A stretch of 64,000 bases of DNA, taken from a virus. Of this stretch, positions 10,451 to 22,000 are shown piece after piece. The notes under the pieces were generated by a model, which was not told where the DNA came from, did no database searches, and saw nothing but the letters and a program-made list of their open reading frames with translations. The stretch is taken from IMG/VR virus record IMGVR_UViG_3300025314_000012; one strand, 5' to 3'. Made by a program: the position numbers and the translations under genes. How positions within the stretch are numbered: the stretch's first letter is position 1; each line of letters starts with the position of its first letter.

Positions 10451-11608
10451 TCAACTTATCTTCAGTACGTTTATCGTTACATTTATCTTACCATTTGCAG
10501 TAGGCGTAAACGCATCCACAGCCTCTACAAGAAAGAACAATGATGTGTCTGCACAATTGTATTGCTGAATAATAGATGTCTGTCCTACGACGCTTGTGCT
10601 TGAACCTATAAGTGCTTCCATCGTTACATCTATAAATCCTATAAGCTTGTCTTTATTAGCATAAGATGTTACAAAGGCTACGTTATCACCCACAACGCCT
10701 GTTGGTGCTTCATTGAATATCCACACCCTGACTGCTTTGGCTGTCATGTCTGTAATGTCTGTTTCTAATTTTAAGTCCATGATATATCCACCACCGCCAT
10801 TTGTAATGCTCATGTTCTCAAATTCAAATGCTGCTATGGTTGCGTTGGCTGTGGTGTTTACTACTGTTCCGTCTAAATCGGTTACGGTATTGGTTACGAC
10901 AGGGCTTGAAAATGGTACACCCGCAGTAGCCGCTTCAAAGATTATATCTTCACCTGAACTTGTTACTACAACCAACGGTAGAAAGTCTGCTGCGTAATCG
11001 GTAACAAACGCTGCTGCCGTTATAGTTAAACTTGTGTCGAAATCCAAGTCCCTGTTTGCTATATTTGGGATTGATATATTTACTGTCCCTTCTGTTCCTG
11101 TTAGCGTTATGGTATCTTTTTGTTTTACGTTTGCTGCTAAATTGGAAATACAGTCAAGTGCTGTATAGGCAGTTGTGTTGTTTGGTCTTGTAATCTCTAT
11201 TGAATCCCTATGTGGTGTTCCCGATGGGTTCAGCACGTTTCCGCTTGGGTCTGTTATCTGTGTCACACCCGGAAGTGCTTCTGAGGTTACGGAATCTATA
11301 CTTATAAGCCCTGTTGAACCGAATTGTGGGTACACCCTGATTTTACCGCCACTTGCATTAACTCCCTCTACCACTAAACTCTTTGTCTTGTTGCCTACTA
11401 TGTCAAATGTTATAGCGTTTTTGTCGCTATCTAACAGTGCAGAGTACACACCGTTTTCACCCGTTACCAAGAACTCTACCGTAACACGTTGCCTGTCTGG
11501 ACAACCGCTTGTTGTCGCTGTTACCCTCCACTTGTCGTTTATTGCCAAAACAGCAGTTGATAACCCTGTTCCTGTGCTTAAATCATGTGCTGTTAATATT
11601 GCTGCCAT
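10451..11608 (-). CDS. putative structural beta-sandwich protein
   Basis: TRPNNTTAYTALDCI motif seen in phage structural proteins; T/V/A-rich; lies in the tail module. Confidence 0.5.
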   Translation of the reverse strand: MAAILTAHDLSTGTGLSTAVLAINDKWRVTATTSGCPDRQRVTVEFLVTGENGVYSALLDSDKNAITFDIVGNKTKSLVVEGVNASGGKIRVYPQFGSTGLISIDSVTSEALPGVTQITDPSGNVLNPSGTPHRDSIEITRPNNTTAYTALDCISNLAANVKQKDTITLTGTEGTVNISIPNIANRDLDFDTSLTITAAAFVTDYAADFLPLVVVTSSGEDIIFEAATAGVPFSSPVVTNTVTDLDGTVVNTTANATIAAFEFENMSITNGGGGYIMDLKLETDITDMTAKAVRVWIFNEAPTGVVGDNVAFVTSYANKDKLIGFIDVTMEALIGSSTSVVGQTSIIQQYNCADTSLFFLVEAVDAFTPTANGKINVTINVLKIS

Positions 11609-11647
11609 TTTTTTTTGTTTATAAAATTACTACTATTATTTTTATTC

Positions 11648-13879
11648 CTATTTTATCCTCACCACGTTGAAATTAGAATGATTGACTGTTAAGTTGCCTG
11701 AGCTATCTGCTTCTACTTTCATTTTAAGCACCTGTCCTGCTGTTAAGCTAATTATTCCTGAGTGAGACAGGTCAACTATATCACCACCTGTTCCTATTTT
11801 TGTTTCAGTCTGTATGCCTGAATCTTCTACGTCATTTACAAATAATGATATGTGAGCAGTAGTTCCCACTGCCGAATGTGTTAAGCTATACGACGTATTA
11901 ACAAGGTATATTCCTGCGTTTGTTACTGTAATCGTACTATCGGTTAGCGTTGTGTTATAATAATTTCCAAGTGTGTTTCCTCTTAACGTGTGGTACACAC
12001 CCGCTGATGGTGTGGCTATTACTGTTGCCGCGTTGTATATCTCTCCGTAGGCTGAATTATTGTCCCTGTATTCTACTATCGCTTGTTCTGTTGGCACTGC
12101 TGTATCTGAATTACCGGATAATGTTCCATCAGTTGAAAATTCATCAATATTAGCTCCTGCGTTTGCTTTATACGAAGTTGATTTTACTGAACCATTAACC
12201 TGAAGTTTATATGCTGTACTATCTATCGAGGTATTTACTAAAATATTACCTGCACTTGTAATTTCCATCCTTTTCGTACCACTTAAAGTAGTGGTATTTG
12301 GCGCAGTGTAAAATTCAATTCCATTAACAGCATTAAATGAACCTGCCCCTCCTCCTAATCTTAGGGCATTTAAGGTAGATGATGATACATTTGATACTGA
12401 TAAAATATCTTCTTCGGTTGTAGAATAATGAGGAGATACAATAAATGCTGATTTTAAAAAATTATCAGTGCGAGAATTCCAATTCCCATTGTTGCCCCCA
12501 ATTTTTATAGTCTGCCCAAAAATATCCAATTTAGTGGAAGCAGTTCCTCCTACGCCTAAATTACCAACTATATAACCGCCACCATTAACCTGTAATTTAT
12601 CAATTCCGTTGTCAGTTGTTGTATTTACTAAAATTCTATCAACATTTGTTAAATTTTTATCATTCAAATTAACATTTGATGCTGCATTATCAAATGGTAC
12701 ATACCCACTTGCTGCTATGTGTCCAAGTGAATCTGCATTTGGACTGTTTATTACATGAAGTTCGTTGTTCGCCACAACCATCGTAGTATCATCTACCTTG
12801 TTACTTAAATATCCCAACGTTGGGTCAGATGGTGTGGCTAAAATATGTCCTATATCTTCTATTGAAGTAAGAAGTGAATCTATATCCCTTATTGCTAAAT
12901 AATGCACGTAGGCACTGTCTATAACGTCATACACGTCGAATCCACCTGCTGTCTGATTTCCATACACCAAGTTCTGCCGTGTGTCTAATTCGTCTAACAG
13001 CGCATAAGCTGCCACCACGAAGTAATCATTATCCGTAAACGGTTCATCAAATGTTATCGTGTTATCTCCTGATGGTACTCTTACTTTCCCTGCTCTCCAA
13101 TAGTTGTTGTACCCCTGTCGTGGGTCTATCGTCAAATCTATTGATACGTGTCCTATTCCATTGTCTGTTAAATGTCCGTTGGTTACTGATATTTTATTCA
13201 CCGCAAGTACATTCGGTGTGCCATCCTCCTCTCTGACTATTAACGAAGTTCCACCACCGCCTGTCAAATCATCTGCTGCTATCCACTGTTCTAATGTTGA
13301 GTTCCACTTTAGTACCTGTCCGTTTGTCGGGTAAGCGTCCACATCTTCGTTGTCATTAAGAAATATATACAGTTGGTGTGTATGCCTTGCCGTGTCCTGA
13401 AAGTTGGTTGTAGAGCCTGTAATCGTGTCAGGGGCGGGTATAACTATATCTATCGGTTCACCCGGAGGAATGGTGTCTATATATATCGTATCTACTGAAT
13501 GATACTCTATAAATATAGTGTCGATTATTCCACCACCGGGCTTTATAGCTCCATTACAAGTACAGAAGTTAAACACCCACCAATCTTCGTGATAACCCGA
13601 ATATCCCGTATAGGGGTTGGTTGCGTTGGTCGTGGTGTTGGCAAACCTGATAAAGCAATCTCCTTCTACATAGTTTTTTCTCCACGTTACACTGTCTGCA
13701 CTGAACTCGTGATATGTTATGTCCTTAACGGGCGTATATATCCCTTCGTATATAAAGTGTAGATTGGTTTGTAGCTTGTCTGTGGCTGTTACATACCTCT
13801 CTATTTTTCCCTGACCAAATACATTAGCCGATAGGAATAATACTACTAAAGTACCTAATAAACGTATTTTACTCATCAT
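11648..13879 (-). CDS. tail fibre/adhesin-like protein with signal peptide
   Basis: Start probably 13879 or 13876 (MSKIRLLGTLVVLFLSANVFG|Q); fibre-like repeats (KLQVNGG, RMEITSAGNILVN); C1q/collagen-end-like C-terminus. Confidence 0.65.
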   Translation of the reverse strand: MMSKIRLLGTLVVLFLSANVFGQGKIERYVTATDKLQTNLHFIYEGIYTPVKDITYHEFSADSVTWRKNYVEGDCFIRFANTTTNATNPYTGYSGYHEDWWVFNFCTCNGAIKPGGGIIDTIFIEYHSVDTIYIDTIPPGEPIDIVIPAPDTITGSTTNFQDTARHTHQLYIFLNDNEDVDAYPTNGQVLKWNSTLEQWIAADDLTGGGGTSLIVREEDGTPNVLAVNKISVTNGHLTDNGIGHVSIDLTIDPRQGYNNYWRAGKVRVPSGDNTITFDEPFTDNDYFVVAAYALLDELDTRQNLVYGNQTAGGFDVYDVIDSAYVHYLAIRDIDSLLTSIEDIGHILATPSDPTLGYLSNKVDDTTMVVANNELHVINSPNADSLGHIAASGYVPFDNAASNVNLNDKNLTNVDRILVNTTTDNGIDKLQVNGGGYIVGNLGVGGTASTKLDIFGQTIKIGGNNGNWNSRTDNFLKSAFIVSPHYSTTEEDILSVSNVSSSTLNALRLGGGAGSFNAVNGIEFYTAPNTTTLSGTKRMEITSAGNILVNTSIDSTAYKLQVNGSVKSTSYKANAGANIDEFSTDGTLSGNSDTAVPTEQAIVEYRDNNSAYGEIYNAATVIATPSAGVYHTLRGNTLGNYYNTTLTDSTITVTNAGIYLVNTSYSLTHSAVGTTAHISLFVNDVEDSGIQTETKIGTGGDIVDLSHSGIISLTAGQVLKMKVEADSSGNLTVNHSNFNVVRIK

Positions 13880-14469
13880 AATTCTATTACACAAAAATAT
13901 GTTAATACACCCGCTTCAAGAACGTCTGTTACCACGAACCCATTTGCTGTTACCGTACTCACTACCAAGTTGGTTTGCTGATAGCCTGTTTCTCCTATTA
14001 CATACACCTGAATTGTATAGTCTGCTGATGGTAGCGGTGAACTGAATCCTATTACGTTTGTTCCTACTACTGCTACCTGTGTTCCTGACCTGTAATGGTC
14101 TGTTACAGGGGTTACACCCGGCACAACAACATCTCCATCTCCATCGTCAGGTATTATCGTTCCATCGGTGTCTGTGTTGGTCAGATAGTCAGCTAAGTCG
14201 ATTGCGTATATGCCGTTGTAGTGCCATATTTTATCGAATACTGTTTCTACCTCTTTATCTTCAACAACGGTATCACCCACGTACAGCGTTGTTCCATCCA
14301 AGTACACTTCTGATAATATCCCATAAAGATAACTCACCCTTAGTGAATCATAGAATAGTGCATTTTCCTTTCCTGTTCCACGCAACTTTGAATCTAACCA
14401 ACCGTTTGTGAACTTAACGAAGATTTCCGCACACCCCTCTCTTATATCGTCTAATCTCGACTGTTTCAT
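13876..14469 (-). CDS. putative tail protein
   Basis: Coupled ORF; C-terminal IGFSSPLPSADYTIQV...ANGFVV small fibre-associated beta module. Confidence 0.55.
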   Translation of the reverse strand: MKQSRLDDIREGCAEIFVKFTNGWLDSKLRGTGKENALFYDSLRVSYLYGILSEVYLDGTTLYVGDTVVEDKEVETVFDKIWHYNGIYAIDLADYLTNTDTDGTIIPDDGDGDVVVPGVTPVTDHYRSGTQVAVVGTNVIGFSSPLPSADYTIQVYVIGETGYQQTNLVVSTVTANGFVVTDVLEAGVLTYFCVIEL

Positions 14470-14966
14470 TAGTAGTTTAGTATTTGTTTTAAATCACCCC
14501 ACCGTGTCGTGAAATCAACTCTTTTTTGAAGTGATGGCGTTACGTCTTCTATGCTGTTCATTTCCTGATACAACAAGTGTGCGCTATGCAGCACTTTGTC
14601 TATCGTGTAATCGGGTGAATACACGTCCACAAATCCCTGCTTTGAATATACTTTTCCTGCTGCTTCAAGTGTTATTGCCACACCCGCTGAATCTGAATCG
14701 AGTGTATCTCCTTCCAAGATTATTTTGTACCACTCATCGTCTGTGCTTCCAAGTAAATCTTCGGTGGCAATAGACACCACACCCGCCTTTAAATCGGTTA
14801 TATCCTGTCCTGAAAATACATAACTATTAACAGGGGTTGAAAGGTTGCTTGTGTAAACATTTGCTGTTACTGACGTTAAAGACGAAATGTCTGTTAAATC
14901 TGTTTTCCTGATAGTAACCGTCAGTTGGTCTTTTGACTTGCTGCATTTTATTTTAAACGTTGCCAT
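14469..14966 (-). CDS. putative tail/hub protein
   Basis: 165-aa ORF heading the tail operon, after the promoter at 14979-14986. Confidence 0.5.
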   Translation of the reverse strand: MATFKIKCSKSKDQLTVTIRKTDLTDISSLTSVTANVYTSNLSTPVNSYVFSGQDITDLKAGVVSIATEDLLGSTDDEWYKIILEGDTLDSDSAGVAITLEAAGKVYSKQGFVDVYSPDYTIDKVLHSAHLLYQEMNSIEDVTPSLQKRVDFTTRWGDLKQILNY

Positions 14967-14978
14967 TCTTTTTTATCA

Positions 14979-14986
14979 CAAAGATA
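14979..14986 (-). promoter_or_regulatory. Bacteroidota -7 promoter box
   Basis: TATCTTTG on the minus strand. Confidence 0.7.
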
Positions 14987-15006
14987 ACACAGCAAAGTTT
15001 AAGCAC

Positions 15007-15027
15007 AAAAAAAGGGCTGTTGCCCCT
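15007..15027 (-). terminator. intrinsic terminator
   Basis: Minus strand GGGGCAACAGCCC followed by T7. Confidence 0.65.
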
Positions 15028-15036
15028 GTATTAAAA

Positions 15037-15213
15037 TTATTTAATTGGATTCTTCCTTAAATAGTTTGAACATGATTTAAAACTTCTTGGTGGCGCAACT
15101 ACTACGCCGAAGTCATTAACACCATTTCCACCAATAGTGAAATATACGGGAGTATTTCTTCCCGGTGTGCTGTTTAATTTAGCATTCTTTCTTTTTTCTT
15201 GTCTCTTTGTCAT
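15037..15213 (-). CDS. 58-aa basic protein (not in ORF track)
   Basis: Hand-translated MTKRQEKRKNAKLNSTPGRNTPVYFTIGG...; own promoter (15240-15271) and terminator. Confidence 0.55.
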   Translation of the reverse strand: MTKRQEKRKNAKLNSTPGRNTPVYFTIGGNGVNDFGVVVAPPRSFKSCSNYLRKNPIK

Positions 15214-15239
15214 AATTTTTTAATTTTAATGTTATTCAG

Positions 15240-15271
15240 CAAAAATAAACATTAAAACACAATCTACCAAC
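15240..15271 (-). promoter_or_regulatory. Bacteroidota -33/-7 promoter
   Basis: GTTG-20 nt-TATTTTTG; shares TTGGTAGATTGTG with the promoter at 15978-16009. Confidence 0.65.
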
Positions 15272-15354
15272 TATTTTTAAAAAGTAAAATAAGAATTTCG
15301 TTATTTAAGTTTATGGCGTAAAAGTAAAATAAGATATGCTACATTAACCGAATC

Positions 15355-15885
15355 TCATTTACCAACACTTCTTGACACGCTTGTCGGGTCTAACTCTTTA
15401 AACACACCCCGCTGTGTCTCTTTTATTAATATTTTCTGTTCCTGATTTGTTATTACTTCTTTCTCTAAGAGTATTCCGTATGTGTCATCTATCACCACAC
15501 CGAACCCGTCTATAACCTCATCGGTGGTGCTGAAATCTTTTTTGTCGATAATCTCATTTACTTCTTTTACCGTTGGGCGTTGTGAAATCATTGTCCCTGC
15601 TGTCATAAAATAAGCTAAACACGCAAGCGATATTGCCACCACCGTTGACCGTATGTGTCCCCACCGCTTTTCTATCGCATCTATCCTCTCTTTGTTAAAA
15701 GAAACTGAACTGTCTATTGTACTTTTGTACATGGCAAGCTGCTCCTTGTGCAACTCTTGATATGAACGTGCCTGCTCTAACTGGTTCTCCATTTTGTTCA
15801 AAATAGAATTAGCTTCATCCCAAAAGTCGCTCATTGTTTTTCTGTTTTCCATTATCCCCAACCCAATTAAATCTTCCTGAAACAA
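15355..15885 (-). CDS. coiled-coil plus single-TM membrane protein
   Basis: Hydrophobic TVVAISLACLAYFMTAGTMI; real start probably downstream because a -7 box overlaps 15883-15890. Confidence 0.55.
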   Translation of the reverse strand: MFQEDLIGLGIMENRKTMSDFWDEANSILNKMENQLEQARSYQELHKEQLAMYKSTIDSSVSFNKERIDAIEKRWGHIRSTVVAISLACLAYFMTAGTMISQRPTVKEVNEIIDKKDFSTTDEVIDGFGVVIDDTYGILLEKEVITNQEQKILIKETQRGVFKELDPTSVSRSVGK

Positions 15886-15909
15886 AAATACTAATGATAT
15901 ATTTAACCA

Positions 15910-15975
15910 TAAAAAAAGGGGCTGCTTTTTTAAGGCAACCCCAAATCAACTAAAACCTATTATTATGAAAAACAA
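15910..15975 (-). ncRNA. candidate small RNA 1 (~65 nt)
   Basis: Consensus promoter (15978-16009) followed about 35 nt later by a GGGGTTGC...GCAGCCCC-T7 terminator; no minus-strand ORF. Confidence 0.45.
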
Positions 15976-15977
15976 CA

Positions 15978-16009
15978 CAAAGGTAAATATTATTACACAA
16001 TCTACCAAA
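15978..16009 (-). promoter_or_regulatory. Bacteroidota -33/-7 promoter
   Basis: TTTG-20 nt-TACCTTTG. Confidence 0.75.
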
Positions 16010-16010
16010 T

Positions 16011-19000
16011 TTATTCAACTACATTTGCTTTTCTATCGTATTTAACCGGAATATTTTCACTCCAATTATACACCTCGCTCTTTGCATCTTTCTGTATTCT
16101 ATCCCAATCTCTCCTCATCTTACTCACAAATTCTTCACCCTCTAATCCGTCTGCCTTATTTTCCATAACAGCATCTCTAAACAATTTGCCAATTGCTTGT
16201 TCGTATTGATTAAATGCCTCTACTTCTCTTTCATCACTCGTATTCAACTTCCTTATAACAGTGTTTCCCCTGTCATCTTCAAGTGTGAAAGTAGTAGAAC
16301 GCATTGATACCGCTGGTCTGAAATAGCCTTGCTTTAAGTAATATTGAACGTCTTCGTCTTGTTTAACACTTTCTATTATCTGTGCCGTAGTAAACTTAAC
16401 AGGTATTGGTCTTCCAAACACATCAAACATTTCCCTTCCTTTTGTAAAGTCTGTAAACGGTAAATATTGTGTTGCCCTTGCCATTACTGTTTCTGCATTT
16501 TCTCTTGGTGCATCAGAATCAACTATTAAATCAAACACGTCTTCAATATCTTTTAACACACGCGGGGATACAAACCCTGTTCCCATGCTGCTCAATATCT
16601 GCGTTGCCTGTTTTGAACCCATTTCTCCATCTCCCGACATAAACGAACCAAGTGCCTCAAACATTCTGTTTATTGCATACAGGGGTGTCGTTTTAAGAAT
16701 ATGTCCTATTGCCATAAAATTAGCAGTAGCCATTAATTCTAATTCGTTCATTTCTGTATCAGAAAATCTTTGCTTATCCCTAACGTATCCTATTGGCATT
16801 AATATCATTGACAACCCACCAAGTATCCTGTAATCAAAACTCCAATCCCCTATTTGTATTGAATATGGTTTCCATCCTGAAGCCAATAGCTGTTTGTTCT
16901 TCTCTGTGTTTCCTGTTCCGTTTAACGTAATTCTTATCACTGGGTCATCGTCATCTCCGGGTGCTGTAAGTGCCATTAGCAGACTTTGTATAACAGCAAT
17001 TTTAACCACTTTCTGCCATGCCTTTGATTTTTCTTCCGGTGTCATTTCAACATAGTACTTACTGTCCTTACCCAATATAGCACCAAAACTGCCAACGGAT
17101 GCCCTGTATATAGCCACGTATGGATTCCAACCTATATTTCTTGTGGCTACGTTAGCAACAATAGATCTAAAAGGAATTACAAGTGATGCGGGTCTTATTT
17201 CTACTGTTTTTGTTTTATTGAATGTAATCACAGGCTTGCCCTTTACTATTATAACCTCTGGTTTGCTAATCTTTACTCTTAGCACTCTAAGCGCACGAGA
17301 TAATCCATCAACAGCCCATCCTATTATTCCATAAGCATTTATATTACCAATAGCCCTTCCTGCTATATCAAATGCCTTATCTGTTACATCTACACCCCTT
17401 GCTTGGTCTATCAGTTCATACACACGCAAATTCTTTTCCCTTCTTGAATAGCCTGTTGGTTCTTCTCCAAATTCCTCTTGTATTTTTTTATAGTCTTCTG
17501 ATTCATTATCCACCTGTTTCCTGAACGCAGCCATACTTGCATCGTCAATATACAACTTTTTGTCTATCTGTTCTTGCAATGCCTTTTTTTCGTCTTTCGT
17601 TAGTTTTCTTCCTTTTAATATTTCAAGTTGTTTTCTTGCCTCTCTTGAAACAATAAGGTCAGAAGCCATTTCTTTTGCACCAGCATAAATCCATGAATCT
17701 GTTCCAATAAGTAGTCTTGGTATATGCTTAAAGAAATCTTTATATTTATTCGCAGCCCAAGCTACACCTCTCGATATTGCCGTGTCTTCTTTCGGAAGTG
17801 CCTGTATCCTTTCCAATATTGACGGTATTTCAAGTTTCTTTGATAGCGGTGTGTATCCCGTTTTAAATGATTCCACAAGCCTATCACGCCCCTCACCTTT
17901 CATCCCCCTTTTGTGTGCCTTAATAGCTCTTCTTATATCTGTTGGATTATACCCCGCTAATCCCATTAGTTCTATCCAAGAAGATATGTAAGCATCAGAT
18001 ACGTTTCTCATGTGCGTAGTAACACCTGACAAAACGTGTGCATACCAGAATCCTGTTAAAACCTCTGCCATGTTAACGCCTTTTAAATCCAATATAAATG
18101 ACATTAATCTCTGTTCTTCCTTGTGTCTTACAGTAGCACTTTTTATTTTCTGTATCTTTTTACCACGTTTTATGATTTCTTGTCTGTCTTCTTCCTTTAG
18201 TTCAGACACGCCATACATCTCTGCGAAAATATTATCAAATTCAGGTGATTCTATTGCGCCTATATTAACAAGCTCAATTATCTCTGCTATTGGTGATTTT
18301 TGGGGATTTGTTGACTTTTCTTTTGCCCTTTTATTTATCATCTTTCCAACCAACGAATCACCTCTTTTTTTCATTAAAGAATCAAATGCACTTCCAATCG
18401 CGTCAGATAATTTGGCTGCATCTTCTTCCGATAATTCCATCTTATTTAATATGTCAGATATTATCCTTGCCTTTTCTATCAACTTCTCTGAACCATTCTT
18501 TTTCACCAACTCGTTCAAATCAATGTTGCGGGCATTAACCGATTCTCTTATAGCATTAAACAGGTCGCTTTCCTTTATTACACTTGAAAACTTACTTCTG
18601 TCTATCAAATTAACAAGTTCGTTAAGTTTTGTTATAGCAGATTTCTTAATAGTTCCCTTAACAGTGGTATCGACATATTTTCTAAGCAATGCCTCTCCCT
18701 TTTGTATCATTAACGTATTAAACGCATTGTCAATGGCATCTGCAAGTTCTGTGGCTGCATCTTCTGTAAGACCAGACTTCTGAATTAAGTCATCAATTAA
18801 ATCTTTTTTATGAAGTTCCTTTCTTTCGTAGTGGTCTCTCACAACGTCATCTATTGATATATCTCTTTCCTTAAATGATTCTCTTATTAATTGCTGAACT
18901 CTTTTCTCTGACACCGAAAAGGTGGTAGCCTTGTCGTAGGCATCCTCTACTCTTTTCTTATAAACATCTGCCTGTGATTCTGTTAATTTTTCTTCTGCAA

Positions 19001-22000
19001 CCATTTGGTCTATCAAGGCTATTGCATCTTGTCTTGCCTGTTCCCAAACATCCATATAATCAGACCTGTTAAGAATGGCTTCCTTTACAATATCCATATT
19101 GCTCTTTGGTACAGCTTTATCACCCGCTTTTGCACGTTCCCTGAACTTAGACACAAGGGTAGATACCATTTGTTTTATGGGGTCTGACTTTGGCGTTTTC
19201 TTGTCCCTTACCACACCAAACTCTTCTTGTGCCAATTGCGCTGCTGCCTGTTCAAGTATCTGTTCTTTCTCTAATTCATCAACCGATTTACCACCGATTT
19301 CGGGTATCATGCTCTTGGCTTGTTCGTCTGTAATGTCAACGCCTACTTCCTTAAACTTATTCTTTAGTTTTACAACAAGTTTTTTAACATCATATATACC
19401 TAATTCAATATACTTCAGCACCAACTTACCACCGATTTCTATTTGGTCGTTGTTTAATCCTATTATAGAAGAGCTAAGCGATTTTTTAGATGCTGCACGA
19501 AGCATATCTGTCAGGTCGCTTATGTCCTTTTGTATTTTTGCACGCTTGGTATCTACCTGTTTTTTTGCTTTCTCTTTTGCCTGTTTTACTCTTTGGTTTT
19601 TACCTACTTCTTTTAACACTTCACCACGAAGCCCACTTAGTTCTTCCTCTACTATTTTCTTAACCGTCTTATATCCCTTGCTTTCTTTTACCTCTTTGGC
19701 GTGTTTACCCATAGCCAGTTGAACCTTTCTGGCTGTTTTATATGGCGTAAGTCTCTCCATTACAAATTCAGAACCAAAGAAAGATATGTCTCTTCCTGAT
19801 TCGGTTGCTATCTCTCTCTGTATGGTTTCCATTACCATTGATTCCTTGTCTATAAAAGAATCACCAGCAACCTCATCACCGTTACTAAGTGATTCCTCTG
19901 CCATTTCAGAATACTTATCAGCTAATAACACACCGATAGCAGTACGAACCCTACGTGGAACTTTTGTGCCATAAAACAAGTCTGCAACATCTTCTACTGA
20001 ATTATCTGCCACAACTGCCCTTGCAATAGCCACAACTTCTTCCTGTGATTCAGGTTTGTATTCATATAGATTTTCTTCTCTATACTTTTGTTTTCCTTTT
20101 TCAGAATAATTATCACCAAAAGCATATCGAACACCAAATCTTGATGAACTTACTTTTTTAGCTTTTTTCCCGTTTTCAGGCTTTGTTTCGTCGATGCCTG
20201 ACATATCGCTGCTGCGCTTCCCTTCCCCTTTGTCTTTTTCAACTTCTGGTAGCACTTTTCTACTTTCGTTCCCTTTGGCATAACCTCTTTCTTTTATTGT
20301 TTCATTTATCAGTTCTTCCGATATGTCAATATTACTTTTGGAGAAGTATTCCTTGATAGCCATAGCTAATTGTTCAAGTTTTACTTCTCCTTTAAGTATT
20401 AGTCCTTCTGCTACTTTTGCAATAGCATTTTTCACACGCACACGCTGTTCACCTGTAATGGATATTTTAGCACCCACTAAGTCAGCTAAGTCAGACAGCC
20501 CTTCACTTAAAAGTTTGTCTGCTTTTTCATTTTTGGCTAACAGCCCTTCTTCCCGCCCTTGCCCTTTGGCTTGTTCTTTTTCATTTTGTTTTGTTTTTAT
20601 GGGTTTCACACCCGATTCAACATTACTTTTAGAAACAGGGGATGAAGTAATATCACCCCCGTCTGTCGTACCTTGCTCAGATACGGGTTGCTTTTTTTCT
20701 TTTATTCTATCAACTACTCCTATCTTAGAAAAATAAGACCACACTTCATCAGTTGTTTCAAACCCCATATCAATAAGCATTTTTATGCCATCATAATGTG
20801 CTTGATTTAAGTCATTTTTGGAATATTTATAATTATCAGGTCTAAAATTAATCTTATCTAATTGGTCTTTCAAAGAAAGACTTCCAACACTCGCAGAACT
20901 ACCAAATAATCCACGCATCATAGCATCTGCCGCTTCCTTTGGAAATTGTTTTGCTTTTTGAATGTTTCCTTTATTGTCTTTTAAGCCTTTCTTAATTACA
21001 CCATTTACCACGCTTTTAACATCCGATGCAGAAACATTTCCCGCCGATATTACAGACTTACCGCTTTCTACTTTTAATGGTTTCTTTGAGAAATCAGGTT
21101 CTTCTATCTTTGGTTTCGCTATTCTCGTTTTCACCCCTTTTTCACCCACTTTACCCTCTGTTGGTACACTTACACCTTTTTTAGGAGATAGTGGCTCTAC
21201 GGGCTTAATTTGCGTGTCTGTGGGCTTAATTTCATCATAAAATTTATCAAACGCTTGTCGTGGTGTCAGCTTTTCTTCGGGGTCGTATTTCTTCCTGAAC
21301 GCATCGCTTACTTCAGCACTTACATTCTTGATTTTACTTACTTTGTCAAAGGCTTCTTTCTTTGTCTTACTCTTTAATACCACGTCCGCAAACGGCTTGA
21401 ACTCTACCTCCGCTTTGCCTGCCTTTGCCTCTTTGCCTGTTCCCTTTTCACTTCCTTTTGACGTTTCTCTACCGCCTTGTTTACTTTCGATTTTGGGTTC
21501 TTCATACAGCTTATCTAACTGTTCCCCTGTTGTGCCGTCAGGTATTTTCACACCCTGCTCATTCAGGTAGTCTATTTTTTCCTGACTGTTGCCTGCTTCT
21601 TCCACTTCGCCAATAGTCATTTCACCATTCTCTACAACGGCTGTTTCATCTGTTGATTCTGCTGTTAGTTGGCTTAGCTTATATTGTGCGTATTTCTTTG
21701 CATTACCCACAACGGTAGGTATATCACCTTCTATTTCCTTTGAGTTGAGTTTATCGGTTAATATACCATTAATTAAATCTATTTGTTCTTCTGTTGTTAA
21801 GTCCTTGCTATCAAACACCACGTCTATCTCTGAACGTATGTCTGACGGTACAAGTTTTTCAAGTCGTTTTACCCTTATGTCGTTTTGCTTTTTTGCTATT
21901 GAATTTCCCGCTAATGTTGCTGAACCCATAGCACCCACCATCAATCCTACTGAACCAAGCATTATTTTGTTTTGTTCTAAATCGGTATAGCCTTTCCAAA

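Noticed and set aside
15965-16045. Plus-strand micro-ORFs MKNNTKVNIITQSTK... and MYESNATKVSINSQSTK... (31560-31619) as a conserved peptide family
   Set aside because: The shared residues are the reverse complement of the conserved promoter boxes, and I saw no plus-strand promoter upstream.
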